From the NCBI RefSeq assembly GCF_001194135.2, contig NC_068992.1, positions 68,256,378 to 68,320,377 on the forward strand: a DNA stretch of 64,000 nucleotides, read 5' to 3'. Source of the DNA: Octopus bimaculoides (Eukaryota). Below, one piece after another: positions 1 to 11,618 of this stretch (position 1 is the first letter of the stretch; every line of letters begins with the position of its first letter). The notes below the pieces were generated by a model. That model made no database searches, was not told where the DNA came from, and was given only the letters and a program-made list of their open reading frames with translations. The position numbers and the translations under genes were made by a program.

Positions 1-37
<37 letters not shown>

Positions 38-334
38 TTGTTTAAAAGAGTTCCAACACTGTCTGTTTTCTATGTTTTATTTATATTCCTGCAGAACTAA
101 TGTGGGGTATAGAATATGGAATATACAATATATAATATAATATACAATATATAATATAAAATAAAATAAAAATGGATGGCACCATGAAATAAAGTATTGA
201 ATGTAGATGAAATATTGAGTGTTCAATATAAAGGATCAAATATATAAATATATAAATATAAATATATATATATAAAGGCGACTCGAGTTTCAGGGCTATT
301 TCCCTTCGTCATGGCCGGTATGACAGTCTTTAAC

Positions 335-752
335 AGGTGGCTGTGTGGTAAGTAGCTTGCTTACCAACCACGTGGTTCTTGGTTCAGTCCCACTGCGTGG
401 CATCTTGGCCGAGTGTCTTCTACTATAGCCTCGGGCCGACCAATCCCTTGTGAGTGGATTTGGTAGACGGAAACTGAAAGAAGCCCGTCGTATAAATGTA
501 TATATNNNNNNNNNNAACTGAAAGAAGCCCGTCGTATAAATGTATATATGTGTGTGTGTGTCTGTGTTTGTCCCCCTAGCATTGTTTGACAACCGATGCT
601 GGTGTGTTTGTCCCAGTAAATTAGCGGTTCGGCAAAAGGAACCGATAGTATAAATACTAGGCTTACAAAGAATAAGTCCTGGGGTCGAGTTGCTCGACTA
701 AAGGCGGTGCTCCAGCATAGCCGCAATCGAATGACTGAAACAAGTAAAAGAG
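335..752 (+). mobile_element. tRNA-derived CORE-type SINE, family A (OR2-like), with internal (TA)/(TG) microsatellite
   Basis: A-box-like GTGGCTGTGTGGTAAG, B-box-like GGTTCAGTCCC, CORE-like catcttggccgagtgtcttctactatagcctcgggccgacc, tail ending gactgaaacaagtaaaagag. Homologous copies at 3018, 15430, 27674, 30210. The family name is from recall. Confidence 0.88.
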
Positions 753-1023
753 TATATATNNNNNNNNNNNNNNNNNNNNAGAGAGAGAGATAGATAGAGA
801 GAGAGAGAGATAGATAGAGAGAGAGAGAGAGAGAGAATCTTATCGATTAATACAATCACACCATATTCCTCTTTCTTATTTGATCGGCAACAACATCGAT
901 GTATGGAAAGACAACCGCAATAGGATATGAAAGCAAACAGAGGCATAAATGCATCTACCTAAACACATTTGTTCGTAGTGTCCGTTCTGACAGAAACGAA
1001 CAATACTTAATAAATGACAATAC

Positions 1024-1219
1024 CTTTGAATTGTGTTGTTAAGTATATTATCCAGGTATTGTCCCCATACCTTTCCTCCGGCAGCGGCAGCAATCATGTA
1101 ATCCAACAAAATGTTCCATCCTACAACAAAGCCACAAAGTTCACCAACTGTTACATAACTATAGAAATATGCTGCTCCAGCCCGTGGCAGCCGTGCCGAA
1201 AACTCACTGTAGCACAAAC
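1024..1219 (-). CDS. Next coding exon (196 nt, phase 1 to phase 2) of the same SLC7/CAT transporter, TM2-TM3
   Basis: Translation (G)LCYSEFSARLPRAGAAYFYSYVTVGELCGFVVGWNILLDYMIAAAAGGKVWGQYLDNILNNTIQ(R/S) matches CAT LCY.EF.AR.P..GSAY.YSYVTVGE..AF..GWN. Acceptor ttcctattttcag| (AG at 1221-1220); donor caaag|gtattg (GT at 1023-1022). Splices in frame to the 6737-6856 exon (LLS-G-LCY). Confidence 0.94.
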
Positions 1220-1849
1220 CTGAAAATAGGAATTAAAAAATGGATTTGTAACGAAAAGAATAATTGCATATGTTGAATTATCGTCACCTATTAAGATATT
1301 TACTTATTTATTTCTAAATTATCTCATGCGAAATAATGAAGCAACAAACGGCTGAGTATCTCACAAATATGTATACTTCTTAGCGAATTCTCAGACCGAA
1401 TTCATGTAATAAATGAAAAGGTGAGGCATTTTTTGTAGCAGTTAAAAAACAGAAGGAAACACATCTACGTGTTGTCTTCATTAGTTATTCGTTATGTTCT
1501 TTAACGACAGCGAAATAATGCGAGTAAATGTGAAGTCGGCAGGATTTCTACTTCAGAGAAAAAGAATTCGAACGAATATCTTGTGATTATCGCACAACGT
1601 TTAGAGTGATAAGTAGAAAACCCCAAGAGTCATAAACATGACTAAGCTATTGGAATTATGACGAAATTGAAAACACTTTACTCTTTGTTTTAAGTGCAAA
1701 TCGTATCCTTAAATTAACATGGGCGCGATTGTTATTCTATGTTACGGTCAACTCTGAGATGTATGATTAATGGTATGTTCCAGGAGGGAAGAAGACCCGT
1801 GTGTCAGCGTATGTGTATTTTGCATTGGACAAGTTGGTGGACTGTATTA

Positions 1850-2960
1850 ACGTGTCTGCCTGTTTCTTTATGAGAGTGTGGATGTTTCTAAGTATAAAGA
1901 TCGGGTGTTTTTACTTAGAGCGCTGGAAATTTTGGTGTGTAATGTTGCTTAAGTGAGTGACACGAATGTGTGTGAAAAGTTGTGTGCATGCATGTGTTTC
2001 TGAATACGTCAGTGATATGATGTAGGATAGCTTAGAAGTAGGATACTTGCCTAATGGACAGCCTCTTTGTTGGTGTGTGTATGGAGATTTCAAGATCATG
2101 ATATGCCAAACGAACGACACGTGAATATGTTCGAAGCTGTCCCAGTTCGCGTGCTGTTATATTTGTAAAGACTAGGTGTTTGTGTAAATAAACACCGTCG
2201 TGTGATGGGTAAAAGAGTATAAATTGAAGAATGTTAAATTGAAGATAATAAAAAATGATCTAATAGTTTCGAATATGTTTTATTATTAAAATATTATCTG
2301 AACTGCAACGATTGAAAATATACAATGAAAGTGTAAGCTTTTTCTCAAAGAGGAGTCAGATAAAGGAACCGAAAGGTGTAGTAGACGAGGCATGGATGCG
2401 TGTGCCTTTCATTTTAAGGTGTTTGTGGGTATTTTCTGGAGAATGAGAGTAGAAAGGAGGGAAAGGTGTAATTGAAAAGCGATTTTTGTCAAATTAAGTC
2501 TTTCGTGTTTGTTATTCTGTGTTTGTTTGGGTGAGATGAGTTTGAATTCGGCGCGCATGTATATGTGTAATAGTTTGAAGGATCGGCGCACAAAAACGTC
2601 ATTAGGAGTACATTGTACATATGTATATTGGTAATAATTACGTGTTGGATGTGGAATGTAGATGTGCCTTGCAAGACTGGCACACATCGGTGGCAAGTTT
2701 GCCGATCGAAAAGTAGATCGCATACGGAGCTTTTTCACGTATAGAAGATTGATGGAGAGGCAACAGAGTTTGTTCTTTTTTCATAGTATGTGCGCCGGTG
2801 AGAGCGGTAGTGTTGGAAAGGAAAATGATAGTGTTGAAGCAGGGTAGTGAAGAATGGATAGAACCAGAAGGGCGATTAGATGCAGGTGAGATAAGGATGA
2901 AGAGCTTATCTGTGAAAGAGTGCATGCATGTGTGTGAGCCAAGCCGTAAGCAATCCCAAA
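1850..2960 (-). mobile_element. Heavily decayed LINE-like remnant
   Basis: Minus-strand peptide scraps QHANWDSF (post-endonuclease K.ANW motif) and LRLGSHT..HS (resembles the I/Jockey C-terminal RLR.GHT motif). Their order is not coherent; no intact ORF. Confidence 0.28.
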
Positions 2961-3017
2961 CATTTCTTTTTTTTACCATTATATATCTAAATATTTTTTT
3001 TATATAATCGTGTTATC

Positions 3018-3237
3018 TTTTTTTTTTTACTTGTTTCAGTCATTAGACTACGGCCATACTGGGGCACCGCCTTGAATTTGTTTTTAGTCGAATAAATCAA
3101 CCCCAATATTTATTTTTTAAGCCTGGTACCTATTCTATCGGTCACTTTTACCGAACCGCTAGATTATGGGGACATAAACACACCAACACCGGTTGTCAAG
3201 TGGAGATGGAGGAGGGGAAACAAACACAGACAGACAG

Positions 3238-3328
<91 letters not shown>

Positions 3329-3483
3329 TGAGTGTGTGACGGGCTTCTTTCAGTTTCCGTCTACCAAATCCACTCACAAGTCTCTGGTCGGCCCGAGACT
3401 ATCGTAGAAGAGACTTGCCCAACTTACCTAGATCCATGTGATTGGGAAGCAAGCTTCTTACCACAGAGCCACTTCTGCGCCTA
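3018..3483 (-). mobile_element. SINE family A copy (internal deletion in head)
   Basis: Reverse complement aligns with 335-752, including a 43-nt identical block cttgtgagtggatttggtagacggaaactgaaagaagcccgtc. Internal (CA)(TA)(TG) tract. Confidence 0.88.
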
Positions 3484-6400
3484 TTATATTATATTTAAAT
3501 ACTTCACACAATTATATATCTAAATTCTTTCATAGTCATCACAGATATTATGGAACCAAAATTACATTTTGAAGTTAAAATTCAGGATGCTAAATTAAGG
3601 ATTACAACATTCTGTGTTCAAATTTCCTTGTTGCTAATACTGTATATTTCATATAAATAATGAAAAAATGCAGTTAATCATTCTAAGCATTGTTGCAGTT
3701 TTAACTGGCATTCAGAATTATGTGGAATATCTACATAAAAGTTGACAGCAAACAAATGATGATATGAACATTATCGTACTCTAAACCCTCCTTCAAAATA
3801 TTTACTATCGAGTGACAACTTGGCTGATATGACAAAAAAGAAAATGAAATGTTGATTTAGAACGAACGGACAGTGTTCTACAATTAGATGCCAGTTTTCT
3901 TCTACTTACATTAAATAAAAAAAAATCTGTTACAAGGGATTTATCATTTTAATCAATAAAATAATCGCATACGAAACAATAAGACAGTCAGGAAATATGA
4001 CAGCTAAGCTCCAGGGAAACAGAGAATCAAGATTTTATTGTTGGAAAAAACTATTTACTCATGTCACTTCATGAACGAACGTCGGATTATAAATAATTGC
4101 ATTTCTTTCATCGGTGAAAGCTTTTGTATCAGACAAACAATATATTTTTTCAAAAAGGATATGTATGTATGTATTTATACAAATGCATATTTGTCGCATT
4201 ATTATTCGTCACCCAGGAGACCAACTGCAACAGAACATGGTAAAATGGGCTTAACGAATTAGTAATTGCAAACATTTCTATGGAGTAATTTCTAAAGGGA
4301 AAATTAACACTAGGAAACAATTTCAATTTGCACATTGTAATCTATTTAAATATTTTCACCCTCAAACTTGAAGAAAAGCTGTCGCATTTATATAATAAAT
4401 TATATATCTTTTTATATGTTTCAAGACGCATACATGATTGAAAGTTACACATTAATCTGTTCGTAAGCCACAGCAAAAGTATAAATATTGTCTTTTGCAT
4501 TCTCAGATTAGATAAATACAACATTCTGTTAAACTTCAAGGGAATCGGGATCTTGCTAAAATGTTATTTTCAATCATATTTCATTGCCAATATCGATTAA
4601 GTGTGAGTTTATTGTTATAAAAGACATTTTTTTCTTGCTAACGGAAGTATATTTTCGTTAACGGCCAGAGAGTGTTGCCAATTCTAAACATTTCCAAAGT
4701 TTTGTAACTGTATTTTGAAGAATGTTGAAATTGCTTCAAGTACTGGCTCTAGTGGCAAAACAACGGGAGACAGTCATTTGTTTGAAGACGAATCACCATT
4801 ATTTTTGTTAATAAAACTATAAAATACTTGCGTACATAGCATTCATTTGAAGCTATAACAATCTACTGCAGCTTAGCCTATAACATACACAAGAAATAAA
4901 ACGTCCGGTTACTCTGTCAAATAATCACTGATATCACAACACTGGATACAACATTAAGAAATAGCAATGGATGACCAATTCAATTATTAATTTGTCTACT
5001 TCAAAATTTATTTGCATAATATGTTTTAAAGTCAATATTTAAATTCGAATTCGTTGTGGATTGCTGATAGGGGTTAGAGAATAATAAACTTATTATGCCT
5101 GATAACCATCTCATAAAAAGAAATATGCTGAATGTTTTCATTGGTAGATGTTATGCATATAATATGAGTCATTTAAATATATGTGAGAGCTGCAGAAAAA
5201 AAAAAAGAAATATTCCTGTTTTAATTTTAGGTATTTTTAGACTACTTTTTCTTACTATTTCAATAATTCCCTCCAGTTCACTTTCTTTTCCATGTCCTCT
5301 CTTCTATATGACTATGCGAGTAGGTTTTGCATATAGGAAATGGTGTGTGTGTATGTATGTGTGTGTGTGTATGTGTGTCTACATTTATGTGCGTGTTATA
5401 AACAAGAAATTATGCATAATAGACTGTCTAGTCCCGAAAGAACACTTTGATAACTGTGTTTTCATTTCCTATATATTTATGTATACATAAAACACACGCA
5501 CACACACACACATAATGCATTTTAAATTTAGGTGCCTGAAGCCAACATATGTCAGATTCTGACATAAAAACGTTTGCAGTATATTCTATTGTTCGCTTTT
5601 TTTGTTTTTGTTTTTGTTTTTTTGTTATAAATGCGCCATTGTTAGTGCATATACCAGTATCTATTTATAGTTTTATAAGCTATTTTATTCAAACTCGGTT
5701 GATTTAAGAATATTGCATTGTGAATTCACTTTAACAATGTTTCTTTCGCTGATCTGAAAATCGAATATCTAACTACTTGAAGTATGATTCGCTTTGCAAC
5801 ATGAAATAAACTGAACCTAATTTTATTAATGAAACAACTCTTTCCGTTACACCACCATCCCCTCCATCGGCAAATCTTCTGCATCATCGCCATTTCTCAT
5901 TGAGTTGTGCCATTCCTCGAGAACTGACAATTTCAAGTGGTTATTACTGATAGGAATGATTTTCATCTGGACAGCTGAACACAGCCACTGGTGTGCTTAA
6001 CTGTACAACAAAAACCTTGCTTCTCCATTCTTCGCGATCAAATCTCTTTCAAGTCACAATCTTAGAAAATGAATATATTTTGGAGAAGTGAGAAGTTATT
6101 GTTGAATTGTTTGTATAATGGTTATTGCATGAAGAACGCGGTTTATCTAACATGCAGAAGACCGATGTTTCTCTCACAGCGCTACATTCCACTACATCAA
6201 CTTCCGTCTACAGTAAGATCTTCTTTTAGGATAAGGTAGAAGAAATCTCAGCTTGTTAATGATAGATTTTTTTTTAATTCCCAATGTAAAAGATAACAAT
6301 TTCTTGAGGGAATTTGTCTTACCGTGAACCTTTTCTTTCTGCTTATATCATTATAGTTTTGTAAGTGTTAGAACCATTGTAATATTTTACGGAATTATTT

Positions 6401-6736
6401 CGATCTTTCCGTTGCAGCATATGAGCCAATGAGGGATAGCATGGTATATAACTCCACTAACTACAAACATCAATCATATGAACTTTATATCAAAACCTAA
6501 TGCTTTTAAAGAAAAAAGGAAGGGACCCTTAGACACTTCTGGATAATCTATACCCAACGAAATATGAATGATGGGAAGCCATATGTTAATAACCTGCCAA
6601 ATCAGATCTTAACTGGGGATAAACCACATCTAGTACCTAACAGTTACAAACAGTTATCAATACAGGTGGTTCAGTAACCTAAGTTTTCCACTATATTTAC
6701 TGATTGAGTTGATTAGAAACGTTATAGTATACTCAC

Positions 6737-6856
6737 CGGATAAAAGAGCTGCAACACCAGCTATAAGTACAGATATCACCACGGAAGGTCCAGCTTGATG
6801 ATGTGCCACGTGACAAATAATAACGTAAACACCAATTCCAAGAGTGCTGCCAACAC
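6737..6856 (-). CDS. Internal coding exon (120 nt, phase 1 to phase 1) of a cationic amino acid transporter (SLC7/CAT family, APC superfamily), TM1-TM2
   Basis: Minus-strand translation (G)[39 protein letters not shown](G) matches the CAT motif GVGSTLGAGVYV...AGP.V..SF.IA. Acceptor tttgtttacag| (AG at 6858-6857); donor |gtgagt (GT at 6736-6735). Confidence 0.93.
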
Positions 6857-6867
6857 CTGTAAACAAA

Positions 6868-6876
6868 TTATCATTA

Positions 6877-6949
<73 letters not shown>

Positions 6950-6950
6950 C
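6868..6950. repeat. (ATT)n microsatellite about 10 nt from the 3' splice site of the 6737-6856 exon
   Basis: Direct trinucleotide run; a second (ATT)n lies at 7171-7247. Confidence 0.97.
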
Positions 6951-6954
6951 ATTA

Positions 6955-7170
6955 AGGCAGAAAGCTGGCAAAGTCGTTAACACACTGGACAAAATACTTA
7001 ATATGTCACCCGTCGCGATTTCAAATTCCGTCGAGGTCGACTTTGCTCTTCCTCATTAAGTACCAGCTGTGTACTGGGGATTAATGTAATAATTATGTAC
7101 TAGTTCTGTACTGGGGTCGATGTAAGTGACTTACGCCCACCCTCCCATATTTCAGGCTTATATAGAAAAG
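6955..7170 (+). mobile_element. tRNA-derived SINE family B (OR1-like), flanked by (ATT)n on both sides
   Basis: aaggcagaaagctggcaaagtcgttaacac...tttcaaattccgtcgaggtcgactttg...taagtaccag...ctggggtcgatgtaa; homologous to the other family B copies. Confidence 0.8.
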
Positions 7171-7177
7171 ATTATTA

Positions 7178-7247
<70 letters not shown>

Positions 7248-7269
7248 CGATGTTTTTTTATCATCAATG

Positions 7270-7800
7270 ATACTACGGTACGGTTGTGCTTTCGATGGTT
7301 TCAGGCACGTTCTGCTGAGATGTGTTCAGCACTGTTTGTAGGGTATATACTTGTTGCCACAGTAATGAATGTTTTGTTGCAGAAATCTCTTCTTTTTATG
7401 CTAATCTTCTGTTTCATTTGTTGCGTAGATCATGTGCAATGCATATTCTGATATTTTTTGAGGGTTTTAAATGTTGTGATTTTACTTTTCTGGGATTTAA
7501 GTTAGTTTTCACCGCCAGACGGCAATAGTGTAGAGTGTGTAGTTTGTATAGAATTAATGGGTTGTAGTTGTGTTGATTTTGAATATACGGCTTTATACTT
7601 GCAGGTATCAGTTGCAAGTTTTGGTAAAAGTGTATATATGTGCTCGTATTTGGTGGTTATTGTGTAGGGTATATGTTGTGCAGAGAAATTGTTCTTTTTG
7701 AACCGCGTCACAGAATAGAAATTGCCATTTGTAGGTTGTGAACTATTGCTAGTAGTATTCTTGGACCAGGCATAACGTTATGAACCCTGACGTGACACAT
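7270..7800 (-). mobile_element. Decayed LINE endonuclease-like remnant
   Basis: Minus-strand LHMIYATNETED*HKKKRFLQQ resembles the AP-endonuclease NIYAPN motif; many stops. Confidence 0.27.
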
Positions 7801-8944
7801 AGCGATTTGTTTATAGTTGATGCCACATTTAGAGTTCTTTCATTTTTCATGTCCCACATTCTCTTTATTTGAATGTCAAAATCTTAGTATTTTGACGGTA
7901 TTTCACTTGCTTTCAAGTAATCAGTTGATCAGAAGGTACAGTGATGGGAATCAGCATACATGTACTTCTGTTGTACCCCTTAGTTATTATATCGGCACAA
8001 ATTACCGTGATTATATCAGTGTTGACACGCATGTCACGGATGATGGCCAAGACATTGTCGTGTACCATCTTGATAAAGCTTAAACTTTTATCCGTCTTCG
8101 TATCAAAGTTTTGGGATATTACCCAGTTAATGGAACTGCAAGCTCAATGGTATCTGTTTATTCGAACATGGCAAGGACAAGACAGGTAAGCAGTTGATCT
8201 GTCGTCTCACTGTACTGGTTGCATAGCATCAGCTTTCACTATTTTATTTGTGTAGTTACTAGGGGCAACACATTATTCTACGCAGATTCAATCCAACTGT
8301 TTTGCTCATCTACCCAAAGCTTCGGATCCAATGTTGTCTTTCTTTTTGCTTGGCCCAATAAGAAGGGTAATGGAATCGAAACTGGAAAATACGAGTGCAT
8401 AGAACTTCTAAATGATTTCCCAATGCCAGTTAATAGACGCTTCTCACAAGAATTGGTTCCAAGCAAATTAAACTCTGAAAATGGCAAAATATTCAACCGA
8501 ATACGATCTATTAAATTAATGGACGACAGGTAGAAAAGAAAACAAATTCTACATAATAATAATAATTGGATGCGAGAGAAATTTCTATTGATTTAGTCAA
8601 CTATAATTAGGGACTGGTTATTATTTTATTGCTTTGAAAAGATGAAAGACAAAAATCTTCTAAATTACTCGTCATACTAAAACTTTACGCTGTTTGTTAT
8701 AAAAGATTATATATCTACTGCAAATGTAATGTTTTTGTTTTATGTAAGAAATTTTATCGTTTTCTTTATCAGTAGGGAGGTGGATTTTCAGAATCATTAG
8801 AACGTCTTCAAAATACGATATGTCTTCCGTTCCTTTATATTTTGAATTTTAATACAAGGTTAACCTAGTGTTTCATCCAGATCGATAAAATTCAAAACCA
8901 ATCAAGTACTAGCTTCGACGATACTGTCTAACCCGCTGCACTCA

Positions 8945-9184
8945 ATATTTCTTATTTCTTTACTGCCCACAAGGGGCTAAACACATGGGGGACAAACAAG
9001 GACAGACAAACGGATTAAGTCGATTATATCGACCCAAGTGCGTAACTGGTACTTATTTAATCAACCCCAAAAGGATGAAAGGCAAAGTCGACCTCGGCCA
9101 AATTTGAACTCAGAACGTAACGGCAGACGAAATACCGCTAAGCATTTCGCCCGGTGCGCCAACGTTTCTGTCGGCTCTCCGCCT
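8945..9184 (-). mobile_element. SINE family B copy, full length, tail type 1
   Basis: Reverse complement has ggcg...gacagaaacgttggcgcaccgggcgaaatgcttagcggtatttcgtctgccgttacgttctgagttcaaattt (B-box) and gaggtcgactttgcctttcatcc. Confidence 0.9.
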
Positions 9185-10126
9185 TTCTCAATATTTCTTT
9201 CCTTTTACTGCATACAACCACCCTCATGAGCCTCAATAGCAAAGAAGTGCACATGCAGAATCTACTTTACTGCATGTGTTCCATTTTGCTTTTTACGTTC
9301 TTAATTCAAGTCTCACTTAGATCACCTTTATTTATTTCATTATGGGTTTGAAAAAATTCTGCCTCACTCAAGCACGATGGTTGTTAGAAACGACTAACAA
9401 TTACATCATAAATGTTTGGTCTTGTGCCTATATTCAATCGAATAATTATAATTATACTGATTGGTAGAACTTTGCAGCGTTGGAAAAAGTTTATGTTGCT
9501 TGTCTCTTAAGTGTAAGCTTGGATTCTTATCCATCACACTCGATGAAATAAAGTTTTATTCCTGTACGTGAAACAATATCATCAATTCGCTTAAATTTTA
9601 TTTTTACTAAATATTTTGCATTACAAATGATTTGTAACTGGGATAGTCCATGCTACCTAGCGAACATTATGGTCCACATAGACACATGAGTGTTGATAGT
9701 GAACTGGGCCATCGAATACGACAGTAATTTTTACTGTTCACTGACCGGTTTAATGATAATTATAAAATGATTATTTAAAATGCTATATGGCACGATTTAT
9801 AAAAATATTCACAAAACTTAATTTTTATACAGAATTATCACTACCCTAGAACGTAAGAATACACTGTTACATACATATTTACATGTAACCCATCATCAGT
9901 TAGAAGTATTATGAAATGGCTCGTATGTTTCGGCTGGCTTAACAGAATTGCTTGGAGAAAGAGTTATTTGCATAGTGTTCTAACAGTGTCACTCACGCTT
10001 TCTCTGTTTTTCACTATGTAACATCTAAATTTCCCGTTCATTTTTTTTTTCAGTTGCACTCGGAAAACAACATAGTCACTCTATTCTATTCAAAGTATCT
10101 CGTCTCTAACAAATCACGGCACATTG

Positions 10127-10285
10127 CTAGCACAAAGCCTGAAATTTTGAGTGGGGTTGTAAGTTGATTACGTTGACCCTAGTGGTTAACGGATGAGTTA
10201 TTTTATCGACACCGAACTCGGAATGTAAAGACGCGCGAAATCCCACTAAGCATTTCATCCGTCGTTCTAACGATTCTGCCAGCTT
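10127..10285 (-). mobile_element. SINE family B copy, diverged and internally deleted
   Basis: ctaagcatttcatccgtcgttctaacgattctgccagct is the reverse complement of the family B head; tttatcgac and agcacaaagcctgaaatttt match the tail. Confidence 0.7.
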
Positions 10286-10488
10286 ATTGCTAGTTTTCAT
10301 ATGAGCAGATATATGCGTGTACACACACACACACATATATACATACATGCACAGATATGTGTGTCAAGGTGCGTGACCTAATATTCAATGTTGGCTTCAT
10401 CCTAATGTTGTGAGTTTGATTACTAGACTAAGCATTGGAGCCTTGAGCAAAGCCTTTCATTTCATTATACTACAGCCGATGGTGCTGC

Positions 10489-10492
<4 letters not shown>

Positions 10493-10540
<48 letters not shown>

Positions 10541-10596
10541 NNNNNNNNNNNNNNNNNNNNNNNNNNNNNNNNNNNNNNNNNNNNNNNNNNNNNNNN

Positions 10597-10645
<49 letters not shown>
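10493..10645. repeat. (CT)n microsatellite with N gap
   Basis: Direct reading. Similar (CT)/(GA) runs at 781-836, 24160-24193, 29250-29348 (followed by GACA repeats), 44310-44525 and 62700-62730. Confidence 0.95.
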
Positions 10646-10649
<4 letters not shown>

Positions 10650-10842
10650 ATCTCTCCTCTTCTGTCTCTCTGTCAGTCGCTTCATTTCTCGATCGACGAA
10701 AATATACGGACGTCGTACAGGATGCATTTAAGTAATCGCTCTGGTTCTTAGCGTTCTGATTTAAAACTTCTCCGTGGCCTACTGGAGTGGTTCCCTAACT
10801 CGTCCCTAGGCGTGATAAATCACTTTGTAATTTTTATATCTA

Positions 10843-11618
10843 CAGGGTTCGGTGAATGAATTGTCTAAATTACGCAAAAATTAAAATAACACTGACTTCT
10901 CATTTTAACAGATGTATTTAGCAAAATTACATTAAAATATCTTGAAAGAGTAAATTTCAAACACAGCCTCCAGAAGACTTCGACATCTCCTGCAACTCTT
11001 CTGGGTTGTCTCCCTGTTTAAGTTGGTGAATATTGCCATAATCTTTGTCGTCAGTTCATCTTTGGAGTTACAAGTTTTGATGGTCTCTAGCTCAAATGCG
11101 CCCCATACATAATAATCAAGGGGGTTGCGGTCTTGGGAGTTAGGTGGCCAGATGTTACGGGTAATGTGGTCGTAGAAATTGCCTGATTTTGTTGCCAATT
11201 TTGTCTTCCACCAGCCACCCTTTTCACTCAAAGCAGTACTAACCCCTCCTGGCACTCGATGTAGGTCTTCGTGTTGAGTCTAAGGCCGTGTGGGAAGATC
11301 AATGGAGGCATAACGTCGCCATCATTAGTGATCACTCCAAACACCATGACGTTGACTGGATGTCTGATTGTTATCACTTTCAGTACACGTCCTCAGATTG
11401 ACACCCAAACACACTCAAATGTTCATATTGGAGCTTCCGGCGCAGATGACAAGTAGTACAGCATGTTGTTTTCAAATTTCTGGTGGACTGAATTGCGTCA
11501 TAGTGCTGTGTTTCTCACAAACACTGCCCAACTGTGTAATCGACAAAATCAAAAACAAACAATGCGCATGTGCAAAATGAAAATTATAAAATGGCGACAA
11601 TTTACCCATCACACCTTG
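10843..11618 (-). mobile_element. Tc1/mariner DNA transposon, DD37D (maT)-type, internally deleted and non-autonomous
   Basis: Minus-strand peptides HPVNVMVFGVITNDGDVMPPLIFPHGLRLN and NIWPPNSQDRNPLDYYVWGAFELET...SKDEL...CRRCRSLLEAV. Degenerate TIRs (CAGGGTTCGGTGAATGAATTGTC versus CAAGGTGTGATGGGTAAATTGTC), each flanked by TA (10841-10842, 11619-11620). Confidence 0.88.

Noticed and set aside
335-420. tRNA-like A/B boxes in SINE heads
   Set aside because: No cloverleaf or acceptor stem, and they continue into SINE cores; not tRNA genes.
470-548. Apparent tandem duplication aactgaaagaagcccgtcgtataaatgtatatat inside the first SINE
   Set aside because: The copies sit on either side of a 10-N gap, so this is most likely unmerged contig overlap.
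6857-6992. Poly-Asn N-terminal extension of the transporter ORF ([19 protein letters not shown]...)
   Set aside because: This is read-through into intronic (AAT)n and an antisense SINE; a canonical acceptor lies at 6858-6857.
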